From contig OZ024742.1 in the NCBI GenBank assembly GCA_964016885.1, positions 224,936,001 through 225,000,000 on the forward strand: DNA of 64,000 bases, given 5' to 3'. Shown here piece by piece: positions 1-12,238 of this stretch (its first letter is position 1; each line of letters begins with the position of its first letter). The notes under the pieces are model-generated. The model was not told the origin of the DNA. It ran no database searches and saw nothing but the letters and a program-made list of their open reading frames with translations. This DNA comes from Eledone cirrhosa (Eukaryota). Both the position numbers and the translations under genes were made by a program.

Positions 1-289
1 ATATCGCTGGTGCTTTTACTTTGTCTTTCACCCTTTCGGGTTCAATAAATCTATGGAGTGGTGGAGTAGTGAATTGGTGGAATAGTTAAAATGTTAGATG
101 GGGCGCTTTGCAATATCTGATCCGGCTCAGAACGTTCTAAGTTCAATTCCCGCTTCTTACTGTCAATTGTGACAGTATCAACAACGGAAACACCAATTGA
201 AACATGGTTTCTTTGCTCAAATCTGACGATCAGCTCCTTTCTCATTATTTCCTTTCTTTTGTATATATTTATCTAAAAATATTCCATTA

Positions 290-455
290 TAATTGTTTCT
301 ACTTTTGGCACAAGGCCAGCAATTATCCCAGTTTATTACTGGTACTTTATTTTATCGACCCCGTAAGGATGAAAGGCAAAGTTAACCTCGGCGGGATTTG
401 AACTCAGTCCGTAAAGGGACGTAACTGTGCTGCAAAGCATGGCACCCGACCCTTT
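290..455 (-). mobile_element. tRNA-derived SINE family A (octopus-type), partial
   Basis: Reverse complement of the SINE body at 2776-3165 (GAGTTCAAATCCCGCCGAGGTTAACTTTGCCTTTCATCCTTACGGGGTCGATAAA-TAAAGTACCAG), including a B-box-like GAGTTCAAATC. Confidence 0.8.
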
Positions 456-545
456 CACTTAAAAACCTTTGTTAAGTTACGTTGCAAACACCAGATAAAT
501 AATGAGAAAGTTAGTTAAATCACTAAATCTTTTCTAATTCTTGAT

Positions 546-889
546 CGGAGCGGTCCGTCTGAGGAGGGAGCCCCGCGGGGTTGGATGGCTGTTGCAGCGA
601 GTGCCACTGGCCATCATCCTGGGGAATGCTTTTGCCATCTTGTCCGCGCGGCGCCGCACTTCTGCCCTGTGGTCCTAGGCCCAAAGCCCAACCACCCTCC
701 CCCTTCTTCTCTCCTTTCTCTTCTGCGACACCAGAGTTCTTGCCACCCCATCTCCTTACCGTTCTTTTTCTTCTTTCTTTCTATCCTTTTTTTTCTATAT
801 TTCCTTATTCTTTCTTTCCTTTACCCCCCCCCCCCCCCCCGCCTCCCCTCTGTATTGAAAATGAACATTTCTATCTCCAAAAAAAAAAG
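546..889 (+). mobile_element. 5'-truncated 3' end of a CRE-like (RLE) non-LTR retrotransposon with poly(A) and 8-bp TSD
   Basis: One frame reads ...EPRGVGWLLQRVPLAIILGNAFAILSA..., resembling the CRE-clade C-terminal 'QRxSxAIxxGNA' motif. Pyrimidine-rich 3'UTR, A-run at 879-888, and TTCTTGAT at both 538-545 and 890-897. Confidence 0.6.
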
Positions 890-977
890 TTCTTGATTAT
901 ATTCAAAATGTTTGAAAATTATAGGCAGTGTATTTCATTAGAAATATGGTAACGAAACTGATTTCCTGTCCATTATC

Positions 978-2760
978 GTTAGTGTTATTGATGTTGGTGG
1001 TGATGGTAGTGGTGGTGTTGTGCTTATCATAGCTGGTTGTGTTAGTGTTATTGATGTTGGTGGTGATGGTGGTGGTGGTGTTGTGCTTATCATAGCTGGT
1101 TGTGTTAGTGTTATTGATGTTGGTGGTGATGGTGGTGGTGGTGTTGTGCTTATCATAGCTGGTTGTGTTAGTGTTATTGATGTTGGTGGTGATGGTGGTG
1201 GTGGTGTTGTGCTTATCATAGCTGGTTGTGTTAGTGTTATTGATGTTGGTGGTGATGGTGGTGGTGGTGTTGTGCTTATCATAGCTGGTTGTGTTAGTGT
1301 TATTGATGTTGGTGGTGATGGTGGTGGTGGTGTTGTGCTTATCATAGCTGGTTGTGTTAGTGTTATTGATGTTGGTGGTGATGGTGGTGGTGGTGTTGTG
1401 CTTATCATAGCTGGTTGTGTTAGTGTTATTGATGTTGGTGGTGATGGTGGTGGTGGTGTTGTGCTTATCATAGCTGGTTGTGTTAGTGTTATTGATGTTG
1501 GTGGTGATGGTGGTGGTGGTGTTGTGCTTATCATAGCTGGTTGTGTTAGTGTTATTGATGTTGGTGGTGATGGTGGTGGTGGTGTTGTGCTTATCATAGC
1601 TGGTTGTGTTAGTGTTATTGATGTTGGTGGTGATGGTGGTGGTGGTGTTGTGCTTATCATAGCTGGTTGTGTTAGTGTTATTGATGTTGGTGGTGATGGT
1701 GGTGGTGGTGTTGTGCTTATCATAGCTGGTTGTGTTAGTGTTATTGATGTTGGTGGTGATGGTGGTGGTGGTGTTGTGCTTATCATAGCTGGTTGTGTTA
1801 GTGTTATTGATGTTGGTGGTGATGGTGGTGGTGGTGTTGTGCTTATCATAGCTGGTTGTGTTAGTGTTATTGATGTTGGTGGTGATGGTGGTGGTGGTGT
1901 TGTGCTTATCATAGCTGGTTGTGTTAGTGTTATTGATGTTGGTGGTGATGGTGGTGGTGGTGTTGTGCTTATCATAGCTGGTTGTGTTAGTGTTATTGAT
2001 GTTGGTGGTGATGGTGGTGGTGGTGTTGTGCTTATCATAGCTGGTTGTGTTAGTGTTATTGATGTTGGTGGTGATGGTGGTGGTGGTGTTGTGCTTATCA
2101 TAGCTGGTTGTGTTAGTGTTATTGATGTTGGTGGTGATGGTGGTGGTGGTGTTGTGCTTATCATAGCTGGTTGTGTTAGTGTTATTGATGTTGGTGGTGA
2201 TGGTGGTGGTGGTGTTGTGCTTATCATAGCTGGTTGTGTTAGTGTTATTGATGTTGGTGGTGATGGTGGTGGTGGTGTTGTGCTTATCATAGCTGGTTGT
2301 GTTAGTGTTATTGATGTTGGTGGTGATGGTGGTGGCGGTGTTGTGCTTATCATAGCTGGTTGTGTTAGTGTTATTGATGTTGGTGGTGATGGTGGTGGTG
2401 GTGTTGTGCTTATCATAGCTGGTTGTGTTAGTGTTATTGATGTTGGTGGTGATGGTGGTGGTGGTGTTGTGCTTATCATAGCTGGTTGTGTTATTGTTAT
2501 TGATGTTGGTGGTGATGGTGGTGGTGGTGTTGTGCTTATCATAGCTGGTTGTGTTAGTGTTATTGATGTTGGTGGTGATGGTGGTGGTGGTGTTGTGCTT
2601 ATCATAGCTGGTTGTGTTAGTGTTATTGATGTTGGTGGTGATGGTGGTGGTGGTGTTGTGCTTATCATAGCTGGTTGTGTTAGTGTTATTGATGTTGGTG
2701 GTGATGGTGGTGGTGGTGTTGTGCTTATCATAGCTGGTTGTGTTAGTGTTATTGGTGTTG
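978..2760. repeat. 63-bp minisatellite, about 28 near-identical copies
   Basis: Unit GTTAGTGTTATTGATGTTGGTGGTGATGGTGGTGGTGGTGTTGTGCTTATCATAGCTGGTTGT repeats with only isolated substitutions; three ORF frames show a 21-aa period. Confidence 0.97.
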
Positions 2761-2775
2761 TTATTGTTGTCATAA

Positions 2776-3165
2776 GGGCAGCGGATTGGCAGTATCGGTA
2801 GGGCGTAGAACAACATGCTTTGCAACATAGAGTTACGGCCCTTTATGATCGGAGTTCAAATCTCGCCGAAGTTAACTTTGCCTTTCATCCTTACGGGGTC
2901 GATAAAATAAAGTACCAGTAATGTACTAGGTAATTGCTGGCCTTGTGCCTAAAGTAGAAACAATTATTGTAGAGCGGTGGATTAGAAGTATCGGTAGAGG
3001 GTTGAACGCCATGCTTTGCAGCATAGAGTTACGGCCCTTGTCATTCTGAGTTCAAATCCCGCCGAGGTTAACTTTGTCTTTCATCCTTACGGGGTCAATA
3101 AAATAAAGTACCAGTAATGTACTGTTTAATTGCTGGCCTTGTGTTAAAGGTAGAACCAATTATCG
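2776..3165 (+). mobile_element. Two tandem SINE family A copies (about 2776-2968 and 2972-3165)
   Basis: Two ~195-bp homologous units, each with an A/B-box-like head (GGATTGGCAGTATCGGTAG...GAGTTCAAATC), the common core, and a GTAGAA(A/C)CAATTAT end. Confidence 0.85.
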
Positions 3166-6100
3166 TTGTTGTCGCTGTTGTTGGTGTTGTTGTTGTTGTT
3201 GGTGGTGGTGTCGGTGTTATAGTTATCGAGGTGGCTGTGTTATTGGTGTTTTTATTACCATACTTGGTGGTATTGTTGTCGTTGGTGGTATTGGCGGTGG
3301 TGGTGTTGGTGGTGGTAGTATTGGTGGTGGTGGTATTGGTGGTGGTATTGGTAGTGGTGTTGTTGGTGGTGGTATTGGTGGAGATGTTGTTGTTGGTGGT
3401 GGTGGTATTGGTGGTGGTGTTGTTGGTGGTGGTATTGGTGGAGATGTTGTTGTTGGTGGTGGTGGTGGTATTGGTGGTGGTGTTTTTGTTGGTGGTGGTG
3501 GTATTGGTGGTGGTGTTGTTGGTGGTGGTATTGGTGGTGGTGTTGTTGGTGGTGGTATTGGTGGTGGTGTTGTTGGTGGTGGTGGTGGTATTGGTGATGG
3601 TGGTATTGGTGGTGGCGTTGTTGGTCGTGGTGGTGGTATTGGTGGTGGTGTTGTTGTTGGTGGTGGTATTGCTGGTGGTGTTGTTGGTGGTGGCGATGGT
3701 ATTGCTGGTGGTGGTATTAGTGGTGGTGTTGTTGGTCGTGGTGGTGGTATTGGTGGTGGTGTTGTTGTTGGTGGTGGTGGTGGTATTGGTGGTCGTGTTG
3801 TTGTTGGTGGTGGTGGTATTGGTGGTGGTGTTGTTGGTGGTGGTATTGGTGGTGGTGTTGTTGGTGGTGGTGGTGGTATTGGTGATGGTGGTATTGGTGG
3901 TGGTGTTGTTGGTCGTGGTGGTGGTATTGCTGGTGGTGTTGTTGGTGGTGGCGATGGTATTGCTGGTGGTGGTATTAGTGGTGGTGTTGTTGGTCGTGGT
4001 GGTGGTATTGGTGGTGGTGTTGTTGTTGGTGGTGGTATTGGTGGTGGTGTTGTTGGTGGTGGTGTTGTTGGTGATGGTGGTATTGGGGTGGTGTTGTTGG
4101 TGGTGATGGTGGTGGTATTGGTGGTGGTGGTATTGGTGGTGGTGTTGTTGGTCGTGATGGTGGTATTGGTGGTGGTGTTGTTGGTCGTAGTGGTGGTATT
4201 GGTGGTGGTGTTGTTGTTGGTGGTATTGGTGGTGGTGGTATTGGTGGTGGTGGTATTGGTGGTGGTGGTGGTATTGGTGGTGGTGGTATTGGTGGTGGTG
4301 GTATTGGTGGTGGTGGTATTGGTGGTGGTGGTATGGGTGGTATTGGTATTGGTGGTGGTGTTGTTGTTGGTGGTGGTATTGGTGGTGGTGTTGTTGTTGG
4401 TGGTGGTATTGGTGGTGGTATTGGTGGCGGTGTTGTTGGTGGTGGTGGTATTGGTGGTGGTGTTGTTGTTGGTGGTGGTATTGGTGGTGGTGTTGTTGTT
4501 GGTGGTGGTGGTATTGGTGGTGGTGTTGTTGTTGGTGGTGGTATTGGTGGTGGTGGTATTGGTGGTGGTGTTGTTGTTGGTGGTGGTATTGGTGGTGGTG
4601 GTATTGGTGGTGGTGTTGTTGGTGGCGGTGATATTGGTGGGGGTGTTGTTGTTGTTGGTGGTGGTGGTATTGGTTGTGGTGGTGGTGGTGGTGGTATTGG
4701 TTGTGGTGGTGGTGGTATTGGTGGGGGTGTTGTTGTTGGTGGTGGTGGTGGTATTGGTGGTGGTGTTGTTGTTGGTGGTGGTGGTATTGGTGGTGGTGTT
4801 GTTGTTGGTGGTGGCGGTATTGGTCGTGGTGTTGGTGGTGGCGGTGGTATTGGTGGTGGTGTTGTTGGTGGTGGTGGTGGTATTGGTGGTGGTGGTATTG
4901 GTGATGGTGGTATTGGTGGTGGTGTTGTTAGTCGTGGTGGTGGTATTGGTGGTGGTGTTGTTGTTGGTGGTGGTGGTATTGGTGATGGTGGTATTGGTGG
5001 TGTTGCTATTGGTGATGGTGGTGGTAGTGGTGGTGGTATTGGTGGTGGTGTTGTTGTTGGTGGTGGTGGTATTGGTGGTGGTGTTGCTGTTGGTGGTGGT
5101 GGTGGTATTAGTGGTGGTGGTGTTGTTGGTGGTGGTGTTGCTGTTGGTGGTGGTGGTATTGGTGGTGGTGTTGTTGTTGGTGGCGGTGGTATTGGTGGTG
5201 GTGTTTTTGTTGTTGGTGGTGGTGGTATTGGTGGTGGTGGTGTTGTTGGTGGTGGTGGTGGTATTGGTGGTGGTGGTGTTGTTGGTGGTGGTGGTATTGG
5301 TGGTATTGGTGGTGGTGTTGTTGTTGGTGGTGGTGGTATTGGTCGTGGTGTTGGTGGTGGCGGTGGTATTGGTGGTGGTGTTGTTGGTGGTGGTGGTGGT
5401 ATTGGTGGTGGTGGTATTGGTGATGGTGGTATTGGTGGTGGTGTTGTTAGTCGTGGTGGTGGTATTGGTGGTGGTGTTGTTGTTGGTGGTGGTGGTATTG
5501 GTGATGGTGGTATTGGTGGTGTTGCTATTGGTGATGGTGGTGGTAGTGGTGGTGGTATTGGTGGTGGTGTTGTTGTTGGTGGTGGTGGTATTGGTGGTGG
5601 TGTTGCTGTTGGTGGTGGTGGTGGTATTAGTGGTGGTGGTGTTGTTGGTGGTGGTGTTGCTGTTGGTGGTGGTGGTATTGGTGGTGGTGTTGTTGTTGGT
5701 GGCGGTGGTATTGGTGGTGGTGTTTTTGTTGTTGGTGGTGGTGGTATTGGTGGTGGTGGTGTTGTTGGTGGTGGTGGTGGTATTGGTGGTGGTGGTGTTG
5801 TTGGTGGTGGTGGTCTTGGTGGTGGTGGTATTGGTGTTGGTGGTATTGGTGGTGGTGTTGTTGTTGGTGGTGGTGTTGTTGGTGGCGGTGGTATTGGTGG
5901 TGGTGTTATTGTTGGTGGTGGTGGTTTTGGTGGTGGTGTTGTTGGTGGTGGTGGTATTGGTGGTGGTGGTGTTGTTGCTGGTGGTGGTATTGGTGGTGTT
6001 GTTGTTGGTGGTGGTATTGGTGGTGGTGGTATTGGTGGTGCTGTTGTTGTTGGTGGTGGTGGTGTTGGTGGTGGTGTTGTTGGTGGCGGTGGTATTGGTG

Positions 6101-9100
6101 GTGGTGTTGTTGTTGTTGTTGGTGGTGGTGGTACTGGTGGTGGTGGTGGTGTTATTGGTGGTGGGGTTTTTGTTGGTGGCGGTATTGTCGGTGGTGGTGG
6201 TGGTATTGGTGGTGGTGTTGTTGTTGGTGGTGGTGTTTTTGTTCGATGCGGTGTTGTCGGTGGTGGTGGTGGTATTGGTGGTGGTGTTGTTGTTGTTGGT
6301 GGTGGTGGTATTGGTGGTGGTGGTGTTGGTTGTGATATTGGTGGGGGTATTGGTGGTGGTGTTGTTGTTGGTGGTGGTAGTATTGGTGGTGGTGTTGTTG
6401 TTGGTGGTGGTAGTATTGGTGGTGGTGTTGTTGTTGGTGGTGGTGGTATTGGTGGTGGTGTTGTTGTTGGTGGTGGTGGTATTGGTGTTGGTGTTGTTGG
6501 TGGTGGTATTGGTGGTGGTGTTGTTGGTGGTGGTGGTATTGGTGGTGGTATTGATGGTGGTGTTGTTGTTAGTGGAGGTGGTATTGGTGGTGGTGTTGTT
6601 GTTGTTGGTGGTGGTATTGGTGGTGGTGTTGTTGTTGGTGGTGGTGGTATTGGTGGTGGTGTTGTTGTTGGTGGTGGTATTGGTGGTGGTGGTATTGGTG
6701 GTGGTGTTGTTGTTGGTGGTATTGGTGGTGGTGTTGTTGGTGGTTGTGGTGGTATTGGTGGTGGTGTTGTTGGTGGCGGTGATATTGGTGGGGGTGTTGT
6801 TGTTGTTGGTGGTGGTGGTATTGGTTGTGGTGGTGGTGGTGGTGATATTGGTTGTGGTGGTGGTGGTATTGGTGGGGGTGTTGTTGGTGGTGGTGGTGGT
6901 GGTATTGGTGGTGGTGTTGTTGTTGGTGGTGGTGGTATTGGTGGTGGTGTTGTTGTTGGTGGTGGTGGTATTGGTCGTGGTGTTGGTGGTGGCGGTGGTA
7001 TTGGTGGTGGTGTTGTTGGTGGTGGTGGTGGTATTGGTGGTGGTGGTATTGGTGATGGTGGTATTGGTGGTGGTGTTGTTAGTCGTGGTGGTGGTATTAG
7101 TGGTGGTGTTGTTGTTGGTGGTGGTGGTATTGGTGGTATTGGTGGTGGTGTTGTTGTTGGTGGTGGTGGTATTGGTGATGGTGGTATTGGTGGTGTTGCT
7201 ATTGGTGATGGTGGTGGTAGTGGTGGTGGTGGTGGTTATGGTGGTATTGGTGGTGTTGCTATTGGTGGTGGTAGTGGTGGTGGTATTGGTGGTGGTGTTG
7301 TTGTTGTTGGTGGTGGTTTTGGTGGTGGTGTTGCTGTTGGTGGTGGTGGTATTGGTGGTGGTGTTGTTGTTGGTGGCGGTAGTATTGGTGGTGGTGTTTT
7401 TGTTGTTGGTGGTGGTGGTATTGGTGGTGGTGGTGTTGTTGGTGGTGGTGGTGGTATTGGTGGTGGTGGTGTTGTTGGTGGTGGTGGTCATGGTGGTGGT
7501 GGTATTGGTGTTGGTGGTATTGGTGGTGGTGTTGTTGTTGGTGGTGGTGTTGTTGGTGGCGGTGGTATTGGTGGTGGTGTTATTGTTGGTGGTGGTGGTT
7601 TTGGTGGTGGTGTTGTTGGTGGTGGTGGTATTGGTGGTGGTGGTGTTGTTGGTGGTGGTGGTATTGGTAGTGTTGTTGTTGGTGGTGGTATTGGTGGTGG
7701 TGGTATTGGTGGTGGTGTTGTTGTTGGTGGTGGTGGTGTTGGTGGTGGTGTTGTTGGTGGCGGTGGTATTGGTGGTGGTGTTGTTGTTGTTGTTGGTGGT
7801 GTTGTTGGTGGCGGTGGTATTGGTGGTGGTGTTGTTGTTGTTGTTGGTGGTGGTGGTATTGATGTTGGTGTTGGTGGTGGTGGTATTGGTGGTGGTGGTG
7901 TTGTTGTTGTTGGTGGTGGTGGTATTGGTGGTGGTGTTTTTGTTGGTGGTGGTGGTATTGGTGGTGGTGTTGTTGTTGGTGGTGGTGTATTGGTGGTGGT
8001 GTTGTTGTTGGTCGTGGTGGTATTGGTTGTGGTGGTATTGTTGGTGGTTGTGGTGGTATTGGTGGTGGTGGTGTTGTTGGTGGTATTGTCGGTGGTGGTG
8101 TTGTTGTTGGTGGTGGTGGTATTGGTGGTGGTGTTGTTGTTGGTGGTGGTGGTTTTGGTGGTGGTGTTGTTGTTGGTGGAGGTGGTGGTATTGGTGGTGG
8201 TGGTATTGTTGGTGGTGGTGGTGGTATTGGTGGTGTTGGTGTTGTTGGTGGTATTGTTGGTGGTGGTATTGTTGGTGGTGGTGGTGGTATTGGTGGTGGT
8301 GTTGTTGTTGGTGGTGGCGGTATTGGTGGTGGTGTTGTTGTTGGTGGTGGTGGTATTGGTGGTGGTGGTATTGGTGGTGGTGGTGTTGTTGGTGGTGGTG
8401 GTGGTATTGGTGGTGGTGTTGTTGTTGGTGGTGGCGGTATTGGTGGTGGTGTTGTTGTTGGTGGTGGTGGTATTGGTGGTGGTGGTATTGGTGGTGGTGG
8501 TGTTGTTGGCCGTGGTGGTATTGGTGGTGGTGGTGTTGTTGGTGGTATTGTCGGTGGTGGTGTTGTTGTTGGTGGTGGTGGTATTGGTGGTGGTGGTATT
8601 GTTGGTGGTTGTGGTGGTATTGGTGGTGGTGGTGTTGTTGGTGGTATTGTCGGTGGTGGTGTTGTTGTTGGTGGTGGTGGTATTGGTGGTGGTGTTGTTG
8701 TTGGTGGTGGTGGTATTGGTGGTGGTGTTGTTGTTGGTGGTGGTGGTTTTGGTGGTGGTGTTGTTGTTGGTGGAGGTGGTGGTATTGGTGGTTGTGGTAT
8801 TGTTGGTGGTGGTGGTGGTATTGGTGGTGTTGGTGTTATTGGTGGTATTGTTGCTGGTGGTGTTGTTGTTGGTGGTGGTGGTATTGGTGGTGGTGTTGTT
8901 GTTGGTGGTGGCGGTATTGGTGGTGGTGTTGTTGTTGGTGGTGGCGGTATTGGTGGTGGTGTTGTTGTTGGTGGTGGTGGTATTGGTGGTGGTGGTATTG
9001 GTGGTGGTGGTATTGTTGGTGGTGGTGGTGGTATTGGTGGTGTTGGTGTTATTGGTGGTATTGTTGCTGGTGGTGTTGTTGTTGGTGGTGGTGGTATTGG

Positions 9101-11001
9101 TGGTGGTGCTGTTGTTGGTGGTGGCGGTATTGGTGGTGGTGTTGTTGTTGGTGGTGGTGGTATTGGTGGTGGTGGTATTGGTGGTGGTGGTGTTGTTGGT
9201 GGTGGTGGTGGTATTGGTGGTGGTGTTGTTGTTGGTGGTGGCTGTATTGGTGGTGGTGTTGTTGTTGGTGGTGGTGGTATTGGTGGTGGTGGTATTGGTG
9301 GTGGTGGTGTTGTTGGTCGTGGTGGTATTGGTTGTGGTGGTATTGTTGGTGGTTGTGGTGGTATTGGTGGTGGTGGTGTTGTTGGTGGTATTGTCGGTGG
9401 TGGTGTTGTTGTTGGTGGTGGTGGTATTGGTGGTGGTGGTATTGGTGGTGGTGGTGGTGGTATTGGTGGTGGTTTTGTTGTTGATGGTGGTGGTTTTGGT
9501 GGTGGTGTTGTTGTTGGTGCAGGTGGTGGTGGTGGTGGTCGTCGTATTGTTGGTGGTGTTGGTGGTATTGGTGGTGGTGGTGTTGTTGGTGGTATTTTTG
9601 GTGGTGGTGTTGTTGTTGGTGGTGGTGGTATTGGTGGTGGTGTTGTTGTTGGTGGTGGTGGTATTGGTGGTGGTTTTGTTGTTGATGGTGGTGGTTTTGG
9701 TGGTGGTGTTGTTGTTGGTGCAGGTGGTGGTGGTGGTGGTCGTCGTATTGTTGGTGGTGTTGGTGGTATTGGTGGTGGTGGTGTTGTTGGTGGTATTTTT
9801 GGTGGTGGTGTTGTTGGTGGTGGTGGTGGTATTGGTGGTGGTGTTGTTGTTGGTGGTGGTATTGGTGGTGGTGGTATTGTTGGTGGTGGTGGTTTTAGTG
9901 GTGGTGTTGTTGTTGGTGGTGGTGGTGGTATTGGTGGTGGTGGTGTTGTTGGTGGTTTTGGTGGTGGTGTTGTTGTTGGTGGTGGTGGTGGTATTGGTGG
10001 TGGTGGTGTTGTTGGTGGTGGTGGTTTTGGTGGTGGTGTTGTTGTTGGTGGTGGTGGTGGTATTGGTGGTGGTGTTAGTGGTGGTATTGCGGGTGGTGGT
10101 GGTGTTATTGGTGGTGTTGTTGTTGTTGTTGGTGGTGGTATTGTTGGTGGTGGTGTTGTTGTTGCTGGTGGTGGTATTGGTGGTGGTGTTGTTGGTGGTG
10201 GTGGTATTGGTGGTGGTGTTGTTGTTGGTGGTGGTGGTGTTGGTGGTGGTGGTATTGGTGGTGGTGTTGCTGTTGGTGGTGATGGTATTGGTGGTGGTGT
10301 TGTTGTTGGTGGCGGAGGTGGTATTGGTGGTGGTGTTGTTGTTGGTGGTGGTATTGGTGGTGGTGTTGTTGTTGGTGGTGATGGTATTGGTGGTGGTGTT
10401 GTTGTTGTTGGTGGTGGTGTTGGTGGTGGTGCTGTTGGTGGTGGTGGTGGTGTTGTTGGTGGTGGTGGTATTGGTGGTGGTGGTGTTGGTGGTTGTTGTG
10501 GTATTGGTGGTGGTGGTGGTATTAATGGTGGATTTGGTTGATGGTGGTGGTAGTATTGGTGGTGGTGTTGTTGTTGGTTGTGGTGGTATTCGTGGTGGTG
10601 TTGTTGGTGGTGGTGGTGGTATTGGTGGTGGTGGTGTTGTTGGTGGTGGTGGTTTGGTGGTGGTGTTGTTGGTGGTGGTATTGGTGTTGTTGGTGGTTGT
10701 GGTGGTATTGGTGGTGGTGGTGGTATTGGTGGTGGTGTTGTTGTTGGTGGTAGTGGTATTGGTGGTGGTGTTGTTGTTGTTGGTCGTGGTATTGGTGATG
10801 GTGGTGGTATTGGTGGTGGTGGTATTGTTGGTCGTAGTGGTATTGGTGGTGGTGTTATTGTTGGTGGTGGTGGTATTGGTGGTGATGTTGTTGTTGTTGT
10901 TGGTGGTGGTATTGGTGGTGGTGGTGTTGGTGGTGGTGGTGTTGTTGGTGGTGGTGGTATTGGTGGTGGTGTTGCTGTTGGTGGTAGTGGTATTGGTGGT
11001 G

Positions 11002-11033
<32 letters not shown>

Positions 11034-11600
11034 GGTGTTGTTGTTGGTGGTAGTGGTATTGGTGGTGTTGTTTGTGGTGGTGGTATCGGTGGTGGTGTTG
11101 TTGTTGTTGGCGGTGGTGGTATTGGTGGTGGTATTGGTGTTGGTGGTATTGGTGGTGGTGTTGTTGTTGGTGGTGGTAGTGTTATTGGTGGTGGTATTGT
11201 TGTTGGTGGTGGTGGTATTGGTGGTGGTGTTATTGTTGATGGTGGTGGTATTGGTGGTGGTGTTGTTGTTGTTGTTGGTGTTGGTGGTGGTTTAGGTGGT
11301 GGTGTTGTTGGTGGTCGTGGTGGTATTGGTGGTGGTGTTGTTGGTGGTGGTATTGGTGGTGGTGTTGTTGGTTGTTGTGGTATTGGTAGTGGTGTTGTTG
11401 TTGGTGGTAGTGGTATTGGTGGTGGTGGTGTTGTTGGTGGTTGTGTTGTTGGTGCTGGTGGTGGTGGTGTTGTTGGTAGTGGTGGTGGTGGTATTGGTGG
11501 TGGTGTTGGTGGTGGTGGTGGTGGTGGTATTGGTGGTGGTGTTGTTGTTGGTGGTGGTGGTGGTATTGGTGGTGTTGCTGTTGACACTGTTATTGGGGTG
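3166..11600. repeat. 8.4-kb (GGT/GTT/ATT)n cryptic trinucleotide array
   Basis: Almost entirely GGT, GTT and ATT triplets, with internal block duplications (e.g. marker GGTCGTGGTGTTGGTGGTGGCGG at 4822, 5341 and 6973). Confidence 0.95.
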
Positions 11601-11615
11601 GTGTTATTGAAGTTG

Positions 11616-11950
11616 TGAAGGAGCATGGCTTAGTGGCTCGAGCATTGAGCTTGCAATTGAGAGATTGTGAGATCGATTCGCGAACCGGGTGATGCGTTGT
11701 GTCCTTGAGCAAGACACTTTATTTCACGTTTCTTCAGTTTACTCAACTGTAGAAATGAGTTGCGACGTCACTGATGCCAAGCTGTATCGGTCATTGCCTT
11801 TCCCTTGGACAACATAGGTGGTGTGGAGATGTGAGACTGGTATGTATGGGCGACTACTGGTCTTCCACAAACCTTGCCCAGACTTGTGCCTCGGAGGGAA
11901 ACTTTCTAGGTGCAAATCACATGGTCATTCGTGACCGAGTGGGGCAGAAA
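11616..11950 (+). mobile_element. tRNA-derived SINE family B
   Basis: Head GAAGGAGCATGGCTTAGTGG...GATCGATTC, then TGTGTCCTTGAGCAAGACACTTTATTTCACGTT; the same core occurs at 14712-14832, 39650-39795 and 55786-55882. Confidence 0.8.
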
Positions 11951-11959
11951 GGAAATTGG

Positions 11960-12122
11960 GTTTGTTATTGTTATTGTTAGAGATGGTGGTAATGTTGTCG
12001 TCGTTGTTGTTGCTGTTGTTGCTGTTCTTATTGTCGGTGGTGCTATTACCATAGCTGGTGGTATTGTTGTCGTTGTTGTTGGTGGTGGTGGTTGTGTTGG
12101 TGGGTACTGGCAGTATTGGTGA

Positions 12123-12153
<31 letters not shown>

Positions 12154-12206
12154 CGTCGTCGTCGTGGTGGTGGTGGTGGTGGTGGTGGTGGTATTGTTCG
12201 TTGTTG

Positions 12207-12238
<32 letters not shown>

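Noticed and set aside
198-240. GAAACATGGTTTC...CTGACGA as a permuted hammerhead
   Set aside because: Stems I and II cannot be formed convincingly.
51-245. 64-aa ORF as a host exon
   Set aside because: No recognisable domain; bounded by SINE fragments.
978-2760. CRISPR-like regular array
   Set aside because: Units are identical end to end with no unique spacers; eukaryotic context.
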